This document shows positions 52,801 through 63,455 of a DNA stretch of 64,000 nucleotides, in pieces (the first letter of the stretch is position 1; every line of letters begins with the position of its first letter). The notes beneath the pieces are model-generated. The model saw only the letters and a list, made by a program, of their open reading frames with translations, was not told the DNA's origin and did no database searches. This DNA comes from Chiloscyllium plagiosum. Its lineage: Eukaryota. Where the stretch lies: contig NC_057749.1 of assembly GCF_004010195.1 (NCBI RefSeq), positions 23,666,999-23,730,998 on the forward strand. The letters run 5' to 3'. Made by a program: the position numbers and the translations under genes.

Positions 52801-55800
52801 TCATATTGAGGCTGTACAGGACATTGGTTAGGTCACTTTTGGAATATTGCATTAAATTCTGGTTTCCCTGGTATACGACAGAAGTCGTTAAACTTGAAAA
52901 GGTTCAGAAAAGGCTTACAAGGATGTTGCCAGAGTAGAGTGCTTGAGCTATAGGGAAAGGCCAAATAGGCTGGGGTTATTTTCCCTGGAGTATTGGTGGC
53001 TGAGGCGTGACCTTATAGTGATTTATAAAATCATGATGGACATGGAGAGAGTGAATAGCTAAAGTCTTTTCGCCAGGGTAGGAGAGTCCAAAACTAGAGG
53101 GCATTGGTTTAAGGTGAGAAGGGAAAGATTTAGAACATAGAACAGTGCAGCACAGTACAAGCCCTTCGGTCCACAATGTTGTGCCGAGCATTTATCTTAA
53201 TCTGAGATCAACCTAACTTACACACCCCTCAATTTACTGCTGTCCATGTGCTTGTCCAGCAGTGGCTTAAATATCAAGATTAGTGTGGTGCTGGAAAAGC
53301 ACAGCAAGTCAGGCAGCATCCGAAGAGCAGGAGAATCGTCATTTCGGGCAGGAGCCCTTCATCAGGAATGAAGGGCCCTATAACGTTGTTTGTTTAAACA
53401 ACTAAAACTAATGTCCATTAGGGAAGGAAATCTGGCATTCCTGATGTAGGGCTCCTACCCGAAAAGTCGATTTTTCTGTTCCTCGGATGCTGCCTGACCT
53501 GCTGTGCTTTTCCAGCACCACTCTAATCTTGACTCTAATCTCTAGCATCTGCAGTCCTCACTTTCACCTAGTCGCTTAAATGTCCCTAATGCATCTGACT
53601 GTTCTACCACTGCTGGCAGTGTATTCCACACACCCATCACTCTCTGTGTAAAGAACTGATCTCTGACATCTCCCCTATCCCTTCCTCCAATCACCTTAAA
53701 ATTATGATCCCTCATGACAGCGATTTCCATCCTTGGGAAAAGTCTCTGGCTATCTATTATAACTGTGCCTCTCATCATCTTGTACATCTCTATCAAGTCA
53801 CCTCTCTTCCTTCTCCTCTCCAGTGTGAAAAACGCTAACTCACTCAGCCTGTCTTCGTAAGAGAAGCCCTCCAATCCAGGCAGCATCCTGGTAAATCCCC
53901 TCTGCACAATCTCTGAAGCACCTACATCCTTCCTATAATGAGGCGACCAGAACAATATTTCAAGTTGAGTCTAACCAGGGTTTTATAGAGCTGCAGCAAA
54001 ATCTTGCAGCTCTTAAACTCAATGCCCCCATTAATGAAAGAGAAAACACCACACACCTTCTTAAGAACTCTATCAACTTGGATGGCAATTTTGAGGGATC
54101 TATGTACCTGGACCCCAAGTTCCCAGTGTTCCTGTCTTTAACCCTGTATTCGGCATTCAAATTTGACCTTCCAAAATGAATCATTTCGCATTTATCCATG
54201 TTGAACTCCATCTGCCTCTTCTCAGCTCAGTCTTGTTGTGCTGAGGGCTGTTGCAGGCTACAACATCGACAACCCCACCGACCTTTGTGTCATCAGCAAA
54301 CTTACTAACCCACCCTTCCACTTCCTCATCCAAGTCATTTATAAAAACTACAAACAGCAGAGGCCCAAGAACAGATCCATGCAGTTGGCGACTGGTCACC
54401 AATCTCCAGGCGGAATACTTTCCATCCACTACCACTCATTGTCTTCTTTTGGCCAGCCGAATTTCTCTGTATCCCATACCTCCTAACTTTCTGAATGAGC
54501 CTATCATGGGGACCCTTAGTGAAATCCATATACATGACATCCACTGCTCGACCTTCGTCAACTTGCCTCGTCACATCTTCAAAGAACTCAATAAGGCTTG
54601 TGAGGCTTGACCTGCCCCTCACAAAGCCATTGAATAGGGCCCCTCAAAGAACAGCAAGGCGGCCTTTGTGTGAGCCACAGAAAATGGGGTAGATACTAAA
54701 TGAATATTTTGCATCAGTATTTACTGTGGAAAAGGATATGGAAGATATAGACTGTAGGGAAATAGATGGTGACATCTTGCAAAATGTCCAGATTACAGAG
54801 GAGGAAGTNNNNNNNNNNNNNNNNNNNNNNNNNNNNNNNNNNNNNNNNNNNNNNNNNNNNNNNNNNNNNNNNNNNNNNNNNNNNNNNNNNNNNNNNNNNN
54901 NNNNNNNNNNNNNNNNNNNNNNNNNNNNNNNNNNNNNNNNNNNNNNNNNNNNNNNNNNNNNNNNNNNNNNNNNNNNNNNNNNNNNNNNNNNNNNNNNNNN
55001 NNNNNNNNNNNNNNNNNNNNNNNNNNNNNNNNNNNNNNNNNNNNNNNNNNNNNNNNNNNNNNNNNNNNNNNNNNNNNNNNNNNNNNNNNNNNNNNNNNNN
55101 NNNNNNNNNNNNNNNNNNNNNNNNNNNNNNNNNNNNNNNNNNNNNNNNNNNNNNNNNNNNNNNNNNNNNNNNNNNNNNNNNNNNNNNNNNNNNNNNNNNN
55201 NNNNNNNNNNNNNNNNNNNNNNNNNNNNNNNNNNNNNNNNNNNNNNNNNNNNNNNNNNNNNNNNNNNNNNNNNNNNNNNNNNNNNNNNNNNNNNNNNNNN
55301 NNNNNNNNNNNNNNNNNNNNNNNNNNNNNNNNNNNNNNNNNNNNNNNNNNNNNNNNNNNNNNNNNNNNNNNNNNNNNNNNNNNNNNNNNNNNNNNNNNNN
55401 NNNNNNNNNNNNNNNNNNNNNNNNNNNNNNNNNNNNNNNNNNNNNNNNNNNNNNNNNNNNNNNNNNNNNNNNNNNNNNNNNNNNNNNNNNNNNNNNNNNN
55501 NNNNNNNNNNNNNNNNNNNNNNNNNNNNNNNNNNNNNNNNNNNNNNNNNNNNNNNNNNNNNNNNNNNNNNNNNNNNNNNNNNNNNNNNNNNNNNNNNNNN
55601 NNNNNNNNNNNNNNNNNNNNNNNNNNNNNNGAGGCTGAGGGGTGACCTTATAGAGGTTTACAAAATTATGAGGGACATGGATAGGATAAATATGCAAAGT
55701 CTGTTCCCTGGGGTCGGGGAGTCCAGAAATAGAGGGCATAGGTTTAGGGTGAGAGGGGAAAGATATAAAAGAGACCTAAGGGGCAACTTTTTCATGCAGA

Positions 55801-57060
55801 GGGTGGTACGTGTATGGAATGAGTTGCCAGAGGATGTGGTGGAGGCTGGTTCAATTGCAACATTTAAGAGGCATTTGGATGGGTATATGAATAGGAAGGG
55901 TTTGGAGGGATATGGGCCGGGTACTGGCAGGTCAGACTAGATTGGGTTGGCAGCTGTTCTGGTCGGCATGGACGTGTTGGACCGAAGGGTCTCTTTCCAT
56001 GCTGTACATCTCTATGACTATCTTTAATCAAACTATGTTTGTCCAAATAGTCATAAAACCTGTCTCTCAGAATCCTTTCCATTACCTTGCTTACCACAGA
56101 TGTAAGACTGACCAGTCCGTAATTCCCAGGGATTTCCCTATTCCCTTTCTTGAACAGAGAGACAATATTCACCTCCCTCCAATCATCCGGTACTACTCTC
56201 GTGGAGAGTGAGGATGCAAAGATCATCATCAGAGGTGCAGCAACCTCATTCCTCACTTCCCATAGTAACCTTGGATATATCTTGTCCGGCCCTGGGGACT
56301 TATCTACCTTGATGCTTCCCAGAGTTTTCAGCACATCCACTTTCTTAATATTAATCTATTCAGGCCTATTAACCTGGTCCACGGTGTTCTCACTATCAAC
56401 AAGGTCCCTCTCTCTCGTGAATACTGAAACAAAACACTCATTTAGGGCCTCCCCTACCTCTTCAGACTCCAGGCACAAGTTCCCTCCACTATCCCTGATC
56501 AGCCCTACCCTCTTTCTGATCATTCTCTTATTCCTCACATAAGTGGGTTTTGCCTAATCCTTCCCGCCAAGGCATTCTCATGCCCCTTCCTAGCTTTCTT
56601 CAGTCCATTTTTGAGTTCTTTCCTAGATACCCTGTAATCCTCGAAAGCTGTGTCAGAGCCTTGTTTCCTCAACCTTAAGCAAGTTTCCTTCTTCCTCTTG
56701 AGGAGAAGCTCCTTTGCCCTTGTCATCCAAGACCCCTTCACCTTATTATTCCTTGCCTGTCTCAATGGGACAGCGTTATCCAACACTCACAAGTGCTCCT
56801 TAAACAGCCTCCTCATTTCTGTTTATAAGGCACCTAAGGAGCACGTTGTTCATGTAGAGTGTGTTTGGAATGAGCTGCCATAGAAAGTGGTGGCGACTGG
56901 TACAATTACAATAGTTAAAAGGATGGGTACATGATTAGGAAGGGCTTGGAAGGAAGTCGGCCAATTACTGGCAAATGGGACTAGATTAATTAGCATATCT
57001 GGTTAGCATGGATGAGTTGAACTGAAGGGTCTGTTTCCGTGCAGTACATCTCTCGCACTC
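49900..57060. mobile_element. Dense cluster of CR1 fragments in both orientations plus SINE pieces (contains N gap)
   Basis: Multiple RT motifs (SKFADDTK, GSVLGPLLF, DKSPGPD, RLRGDLIEVYK) on both strands. Confidence 0.85.
53273..53569. repeat. Head-to-head palindromic Penelope-derived element with captured spacer
   Basis: Inverted arms; TSD agt(g/c)gcttaaat at 53261-53272 and 53570-53581. Confidence 0.85.
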
Positions 57061-57252
57061 TCAGTGATAAATTCTCAAGAATTCCCCGAATAACTAGCCA
57101 CAACACAACGACAAACCTCTGCTCCCAAGCCTGGGTTTTGTTGGTTTAACATTCACATCACAACAACTGACTCAGAACGGATTTGTCTTTAATGTTAATT
57201 TAAATAAAAACAGCACTTGAAAAGACGGAGCACGACACATTTTATGCAGCAC

Positions 57253-58260
57253 CTACAGCGGTAAAAGACTGGCTAAACACAACTGGCACACTCCCAGTAT
57301 ACAGCCCCTTTTCATCCTGGAGGCTTTATTAATAACTTTGATTTTAAAAAACTTGGAGTGCAACTCTTCCTCAGGGATTCCAAAGAAGAAGAAGTCCTGG
57401 TTGAAGATTGGATTCCTGCTTCTGCGAACGGTGGCAGTTTGCTGCTTCTGACCTTTACCCGGTTGCAGGTCGAGGGTCAGGCAGCAGCTGATGGTCTGGC
57501 AATCAGTGTACTGCTCGTACAGACCCTCCAAACTCAGCAGGCGGATCCAGACCCGCTGTCTGCCGCCACAATACTCAGTCCGCAGCCGCAAGATGCCAGT
57601 GTCCCCCAGTGCGACAGTGCTCTCCTTGGTCAGGCTGCGCCCGAGGGTCACCGTTCCTGGGGCGAAGGGAGCACCAGCTGACCTGGGGCTGTGGTCTGGG
57701 CTGCTATCCGTGGAGCTGGAGAGGGAGTTGCATCTCTGTGGCCCTTTCCTCGCTGAGCCGCCCGGTACCTTCTTCTGGCTCCAAATGAGGAGGCTGCTCA
57801 GCGCCCGGGATAGAGTGGCAGGGGGTGATTCGGGAGAGGTGCCTGGCTTGCTGCCTGCAGGACCAGGGGCAGGGAGCTGGGCGAAGGGGAACACTGACCC
57901 TACGGAGATTTCCTGGTCATGGAAGATTGACTCCTTCCGCCTGGTGTGTGGGCTCTCCAGTAACCGGCAGAAACCGTAAGGGGTGTGGGCCCGGGGAAAA
58001 TGTGGCAGTGACAGGGCAGCCTGGGACGTGGGGTCCCAATCTGTGCTGTCTCCAACTGCAAAACCATCCTCTGGAGCTATCTCATGGCTCAAGTGACCCC
58101 GACATTCAGGCACTGCGGTGCAACACTCCCCGAGGCCTTGCTCTGCAGTGGACGGACTCATACCCGGAGCCAGTCTTTGAAGAGTTTGCTGGGGAGTGAA
58201 CTTGGGTGGGATGAAAAAGTCAGGGACACAGTCAGGGGTCAAGATGTTAATATAAAGCAT
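57253..58260 (-). CDS. C2CD4A: C2 calcium-dependent domain-containing protein 4 family (C2CD4A/B co-orthologue), 335 aa, single coding exon
   Basis: Family motifs NILTPDxVPDFFIPPK, TDWDPxSQAALSLP, YGFxxLLESPHTRRKESIFH and C-terminal C2 domain (SRNPIFNQDFFF...KIKVINK); intact ORF; adjacent to the VPS13C 5' end as C2CD4A/B are in human. Assignment to A versus B is uncertain. Confidence 0.9.
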   Translation of the reverse strand: MLYINILTPDCVPDFFIPPKFTPQQTLQRLAPGMSPSTAEQGLGECCTAVPECRGHLSHEIAPEDGFAVGDSTDWDPTSQAALSLPHFPRAHTPYGFCRLLESPHTRRKESIFHDQEISVGSVFPFAQLPAPGPAGSKPGTSPESPPATLSRALSSLLIWSQKKVPGGSARKGPQRCNSLSSSTDSSPDHSPRSAGAPFAPGTVTLGRSLTKESTVALGDTGILRLRTEYCGGRQRVWIRLLSLEGLYEQYTDCQTISCCLTLDLQPGKGQKQQTATVRRSRNPIFNQDFFFFGIPEEELHSKFFKIKVINKASRMKRGCILGVCQLCLASLLPL

Positions 58261-58349
58261 GGTCCTTGTTGCAGGGCTCCAATCCGGCCTGGTGGAGCAG
58301 GAGACCAGGAGGAATTCGAAACGGGCTGACTGGAAGATTCACTGTCAGT
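58261..58349 (-). other. 5'UTR part of the C2CD4 coding exon; splice acceptor at 58350/58349
   Basis: Minus strand ttcttatcttccttctgtttgcAG|actgac is a strong polypyrimidine tract plus AG, 89 nt before the ATG. Confidence 0.7.
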
Positions 58350-58469
58350 CTGCAAACAGAAGGAAGATAAGAATTACTTTGAGTATGTGAGAATCCACCC
58401 AATAACTCTGGCCTCCCAAAACAAAGCAGAAAGGATGGAGACAACACTATCTGAGAGGTTCTTACATAT

Positions 58470-58790
58470 ACACAGAATCATCAAATCCAATGGAAGCAGG
58501 CCATTTGGTCTATTGAGTCCACACTGCCCGTCTGAAGACCATCCCACCCAATCCCTGTAACCCCGCATTCCCCATGGCTAATCGACCTCGCCTGCACATC
58601 CCTGGACATTGTGAGCAATTTAGCATGCCAAGTCACCTAATCTGCACATCTTTGGACTGTGGGAGGAAACCAGAGCACTCAGAGGAAACCCACAGAGACA
58701 TGGGGAGAGCATGCAAACTCCACACAGACAAACAGTCACCCGAGGATGGAATTGAGCCCAGGTGCCTGGTGCTGTGAGGCATCTGTAGGC
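58470..58790 (-). mobile_element. HE1-like tRNA-derived SINE
   Basis: tRNA-like head with B-box-like gctcaattcc, body gtgtggagtttgca...tccaaagatgtgcag and CR1-type tail. Confidence 0.8.
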
Positions 58791-59259
58791 AAATCTCAAT
58801 GCAGGCACTGCTGCCCTAGGGTGACAACACCTTCCAAGGCAAAAAGGGTGCTCTGCAACAATAGGTTCAGATAGTAAGCATAGAGAGCAATTGTAGGATG
58901 AGTTCTTTCCCACCAGCTACCTGTCTTACAGAGCACCACGTTAACCTGGTCACTCAATGGAAATTTATTCAGTCTCAGACAGAAAATGCTCAAAATGTCC
59001 AGCAGATCAAATTGAGGGAAACAAAATATTTGAAAAGTCATCAACTAGAAACATGGGAGCCAGACAAGGCAATCAATGTGATAAGATTTTGAGCAGATGC
59101 AGAGGCAGGGAAAGAGGAAGGAGCTTAGAAGAAAGAACAATGGGGAGTATCTATGATCGGGTGGAAGGCAGGTCAGACTATATGACAGAAGATGTGACAG
59201 TGCAAGGAAAAACAAGATGATATGGGTATGAAGGTGAGCCTAGAAGAGGTGAAAAGCAA

Positions 59260-60350
59260 GACTGCCTTCAGAAAATGTGTTCAAAGAAGATTTCCCTCCT
59301 CCATGGTTGATTGGATTCATCCCATTAGCCATACACCTGCTCTCACAGGTCCCCCTACTCCCCAGAGTCATGATAAGGCTCCCCTTAGGCATCACCTTCC
59401 ATTCCACCAACCCCTACATTCAATCATCCTCCACTGTCTCCCCTGCCTCCAGTATGATACCATACCAGTAAACACATCTTTCCTTCACCTCCACCTCAGC
59501 ATTCCAAAAGGGACCATTCCCTCGACAATGCCTTGGACCACTCCTCAGTCACCCCTAATAGCCCACTCTCTTCACAAAACACCTGTTGATGCAGGAACGA
59601 GAGATACAACACCAGCCTCAAACACTCCTCCTAATTAGTCAGTAACGTCTTTGTGCCTGCTTTCAATCTACTCTACTGTACCCAACTGCCCACAACAAAG
59701 TGCCCTCTACAATGGGGAAAACAAATGCAGACTGCGAAATATCCCTATTCGGTCCACGTGTCTGACCCTGAGCCTCCAGTCACCTGTCATTTTGTTTCTC
59801 TACTTTGAACAAAGATCAGCACAGTCCAGGAACAGGCTCTTTGGCCCACCAAGACTGCACTGACACATGACACCTTTCTCAACTAAAAACCTTTTACCTC
59901 TACACTGTTCAGCTCCCTGTATTCATCTATCTGCCAAGACGCCTCTCAAGCGTTGCTATTCTATGTGCCTCCACTGCCTCCTCTAACAGGGCATTCCAGT
60001 CACTTATCACCTTCTGTATAAAATAAAAGTGCCCCTGGCATCTCCTTTAAATTTACCTCATTTTACCTTAAATCTATGTCCCTTAGCAATTGACATTTCT
60101 ACTCCAGAAAAAAGACTGACTATCCGTTCTATCCTGGCCTTTTCTAAATTTCTGTCAGGTCACCCCTCATCCTTCGATGTTCAAGTGAAAACAATCCATG
60201 TTTTTCCAAACTCTCCTCATAGCTCATTTGCTGCCACTCTCACCTACCTGTCCTTGACCTCCTTAGTATTCCATCAAGCCCAGCTTCACCTCATCTTTCA
60301 ACTGGAGAGCCTTCAGGACTCATCATTGAACTCAACAATTTCAAAATCAT
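59260..60350 (+). mobile_element. Decayed Penelope-like RT/EN fragment split by a CR1 insertion
   Basis: FPSSMVD...RLPLGITFHST and QLHLIFQLESLQ remnants. Confidence 0.55.
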
Positions 60351-62139
60351 CACTTATTTTTACACTTTGTTCAATGGCTATTATTAGGGTTGGGAATCGG
60401 TTTAGCTCAGTTGGCTGGATTACTGGTTTATAGAGCAGTATGATGCCAACAATGTGAGTTCAATTGCTATCACCAGTTTAAAGCTACTATGTAGGACTCT
60501 CCTCTTCCTTCACCTGAGGTCTGCTGGCCCTCAGGTTAAATCACCACCAGTTGCTTCTCTCTCTAACGAGGGAGCAGTCCCTATGATTCCTGAAGAAGGG
60601 CTCATGCCCAAAATGTTGATTCTCCTGCTCCTTGGATGCTGCCTGACCTGCTGCACTTTTCCAGCAACACATTTTCAGCTCTGATCTCCAGCATCTGCAG
60701 TCCTCACTTTCTCCTAGCGGTCCCTATGGTCTGGTAAGACTATGGGAACACAGCAATTATTGGTGTTGACTCCACCTGACAAAGGAGCAGCACTCCAAAA
60801 GCTTGTAAGTTAAAATAAACCTCTTGGACTATAACCTGGTGTTGTGTGACTTCTAACCTTAAACCCCCCTGACCGGCACTGGGGCATCATACTATTAGTG
60901 GTGATTCTGCTATTATTCATCAATAATAGATCAATATCAGGTTGATTGTTGAAATCAACAACACACCTTCTAGCTTTCAGCCTTCTAACAGCAACATCCT
61001 GCCTTTCACCCTGTCATAGACCTTCCTGTATCTTCTTTCCCCACTTTGGGACCTACACCATTTCACCTGTTTCCCAGTTTTGACACATTCAGCCTGTAAC
61101 GCTCAAACTGTCCCAATTACACCAGCTTCTGCCAGATGGATTGAAAAGGAGGCATGAGGAAAACTCTTTTCACCCAGAGGGTGGTGGGAATCTGGAACGG
61201 ACTGCCTGTCAGAGTAGTAAGAGTAGTCAGAAACCCTCACAACATTTAAGAAGCATTTAGATGTACACTTGTGATGCCAAAGCACATAAGACTATGGACC
61301 AAGTGCTGGAAAATGGGATCAAAATAGTTAAGAGCCTGTTTTCGATTGGCAAAGACTCATTGGATCAAAAGACTTTATTCTGTGCTGTAGACTTCTATGA
61401 CTCTAAGACCCACTGAGCATTTTTCCACCATTTTCTGATTTTATTTTCGATTTGCAGGATCTGCCGGATCTTGCCTGTGCACTCAGTACAAGATTCACCA
61501 GAGTCACGGCGCCCCACTTCATAGCTGTCCAGTGTGTGGTCACTCACTCAGTACAACATTCTTCCTATTTTAATCATGGAGTAAAATTTTGTACAATGTG
61601 CAGCGAGTCAGCAAATTACAACATATTTACAGACCAGGCCACTTAGCCCATTTGTCTGCTGTCAGGTTAATGCTCCACACAAATCTCCTCATATACCTCT
61701 TCATGTAATGCCACCAGTATATCCATTGGATCGCCTCTCTCCCTTAGCTGGGTCCCCCTTAAACGTCCCTACTTTGCTTGCCTCAACTATTTCCAACAGC
61801 AGCACGGTGCACATTCCCGCAGCTGAAAGAGTTCTCTTGATTTCCAGACTGGATTTATTAGTGACTTCCTCATACTTGTGGTTCCAGGTTTTGCATTCCG
61901 TGGAATTAGGAGCCACTTTTCTGTGCCCCTGCTACCATTTTCAGGGTCTCTCATGTCATCTCTGAGCTTTCACCTCTTGAGAGAAAAGAACCCTTGCCCC
62001 AGTCTTGCCTGAAATTGTAAAAAGATTCAGAAGGATGATACTGGAACTGAGAGGTTCTAGCTTTCTCATAAGATGGAGACCAGAACAATTCACTGTGCTT
62101 CATGTGAGATCCAGACAAGGTTCAATCCAAATTCCCAGT

Positions 62140-62682
62140 TGCCTTCCATTAACATACCACCCTGTTCCCTGGCCAATATCTCTGTCTCAGGCTTGCTGCA
62201 GTGTTCCAGGGAAGTTCAGTGCAAGCTGGAAGAATCACATCTCATTTTCCGCTTGGGGACCCTGCAGCCATCTGGACTCAGTATCAAGTTCAATAACTTT
62301 AGGGCTTGAACTTTCCCAAGTCCTTACCCCATGCCTGGTCTTGTTATCATATTACATCTTGTTATCTATTACACAAAACCCATTGTTAGCCCCCAGTAAT
62401 GACTATTCACTCTCTGAGCCAGGCTGTTGTCCACACTTTTGTCGGTCCGACTGTTTTTCTCTGTCTTTGGGCCCTGCCCCCCCCCCACCCCCACTCTATC
62501 ATTTACTCCTTCCCACCACCACCACCAGCCCCCCCAACCCCCAATCCTCTGCATAAAATCCAACATTTTCCTATCTACCATCAGTTCTGAGGAAGGGTCA
62601 CCAGACCCAAAACATTAACTTTGATTTCTCTCCACAGGTGCTGCCAGACCTGCTCAGCCTTTCCAGCAACTTCTGTTTTTGT
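62140..62682 (+). mobile_element. Penelope-like element 3' end (second family) with hammerhead-like motif
   Basis: SLANISVSGLLQC...CKLEESHLIFRLGTLQPSGLSIKFNNFR; motif agttCTGAGGAAGGGTCACCAGACCCAAAACATTaact at ~62583-62620. Confidence 0.8.
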
Positions 62683-63049
62683 TACAATCCAAATTAAACT
62701 GGACTTTCTCGTTCTTTCAGTCATAGTCTTCAAGAAGTAAACTCCATCTTGTATTTTTATGTTATCAATATTAACCCATCTTGCTACTTTGAGACATGCG
62801 CCTGTCGACAGCCCAGATTCCTCTACCCCTTTTAGACTCTATCCAAGCAAAATATTGATTCCTCATTGTTCCAAACAAAACACCCCACCTCCCATTTAGC
62901 TGCATTGAAATTCATTTGCTAATTGAATAGCAGTTCTGTATGTTTATTATTTCTGCAATTTGTCACACAATCTTACTTCACAATATCTACAACTCACAAT
63001 TCGGTATAAATTGCAAATTTAAGACATATTTACTTGGAAAGGTGAGTAG

Positions 63050-63300
63050 TCCTGATCACTCTGTACAACAATCTCCAGTCTTCTGTTCACTCAATGGATC
63101 ATTCTCCAGCCACTTGGTATAGTCCAGACCCCCGGTCACTGTGGTCAGTCTCCTGGTCACTCTGTGATGTGTTATTCAGCCTCCTGGTCACTCTACACAG
63201 TCCAGTCTCCTGGTCACTCTGCACAGACTCCTGATCACTCTGTGAAGTGTTATTCAACCTCCTGGTCACTCTGCACAGTCCAGTCTCCTGGTCACTCAGT
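63050..63300. repeat. Degenerate tandem repeat with core ctcctggtcactctg
   Basis: Core recurs repeatedly, with a higher-order duplication (QETGLCRVTRRLNNTSQSD appears twice in the minus-strand frame). Confidence 0.8.
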
Positions 63301-63455
63301 GCCACACTTTGTTTTTATAAACCAATGGGTGACTCAGAGCAGGTGCTGAACCGATTGGTCACACTCATTCATAAGCTAAACCAATCAGCCTGCAAATCCT
63401 GGCTTTATTATTTTCTGACCAATGGTATCAGGCTAATCCATTCACCAGATGGCAA
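63285..63455 (-). promoter_or_regulatory. Candidate C2CD4 core promoter (TATA, 4x CCAAT, AP-1, E-boxes)
   Basis: TATAAAA (minus, 63319-63313), TGACTCA 63330-63336, CCAAT/ATTGG at 63322, 63354, 63381 and 63419, CAGGTG 63340, CAGATG 63446, all in non-TE sequence. Confidence 0.45.

Noticed and set aside
54714..55940. 290-404 aa ORFs
   Set aside because: Mostly X from the assembly gap; the flanks are CR1 ORF2
57188..57193. ATTAAA as the C2CD4 poly(A) signal ~60 nt after the stop
   Set aside because: Plausible, but it sits in AT-rich sequence and needs 3'-end data
57358..58329. Plus-strand ORFs overlapping C2CD4
   Set aside because: Antisense shadows of a GC-rich coding exon; no recognisable motifs
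63038..63047. Consensus plus-strand donor AAG|GTGAGT
   Set aside because: No supporting upstream exon or ORF; an isolated motif is expected by chance
63050..63300. Repeat-spacer-like pattern resembling a CRISPR array
   Set aside because: Vertebrate DNA, the spacers are themselves duplicated and variable, and there are no cas genes; it is a minisatellite
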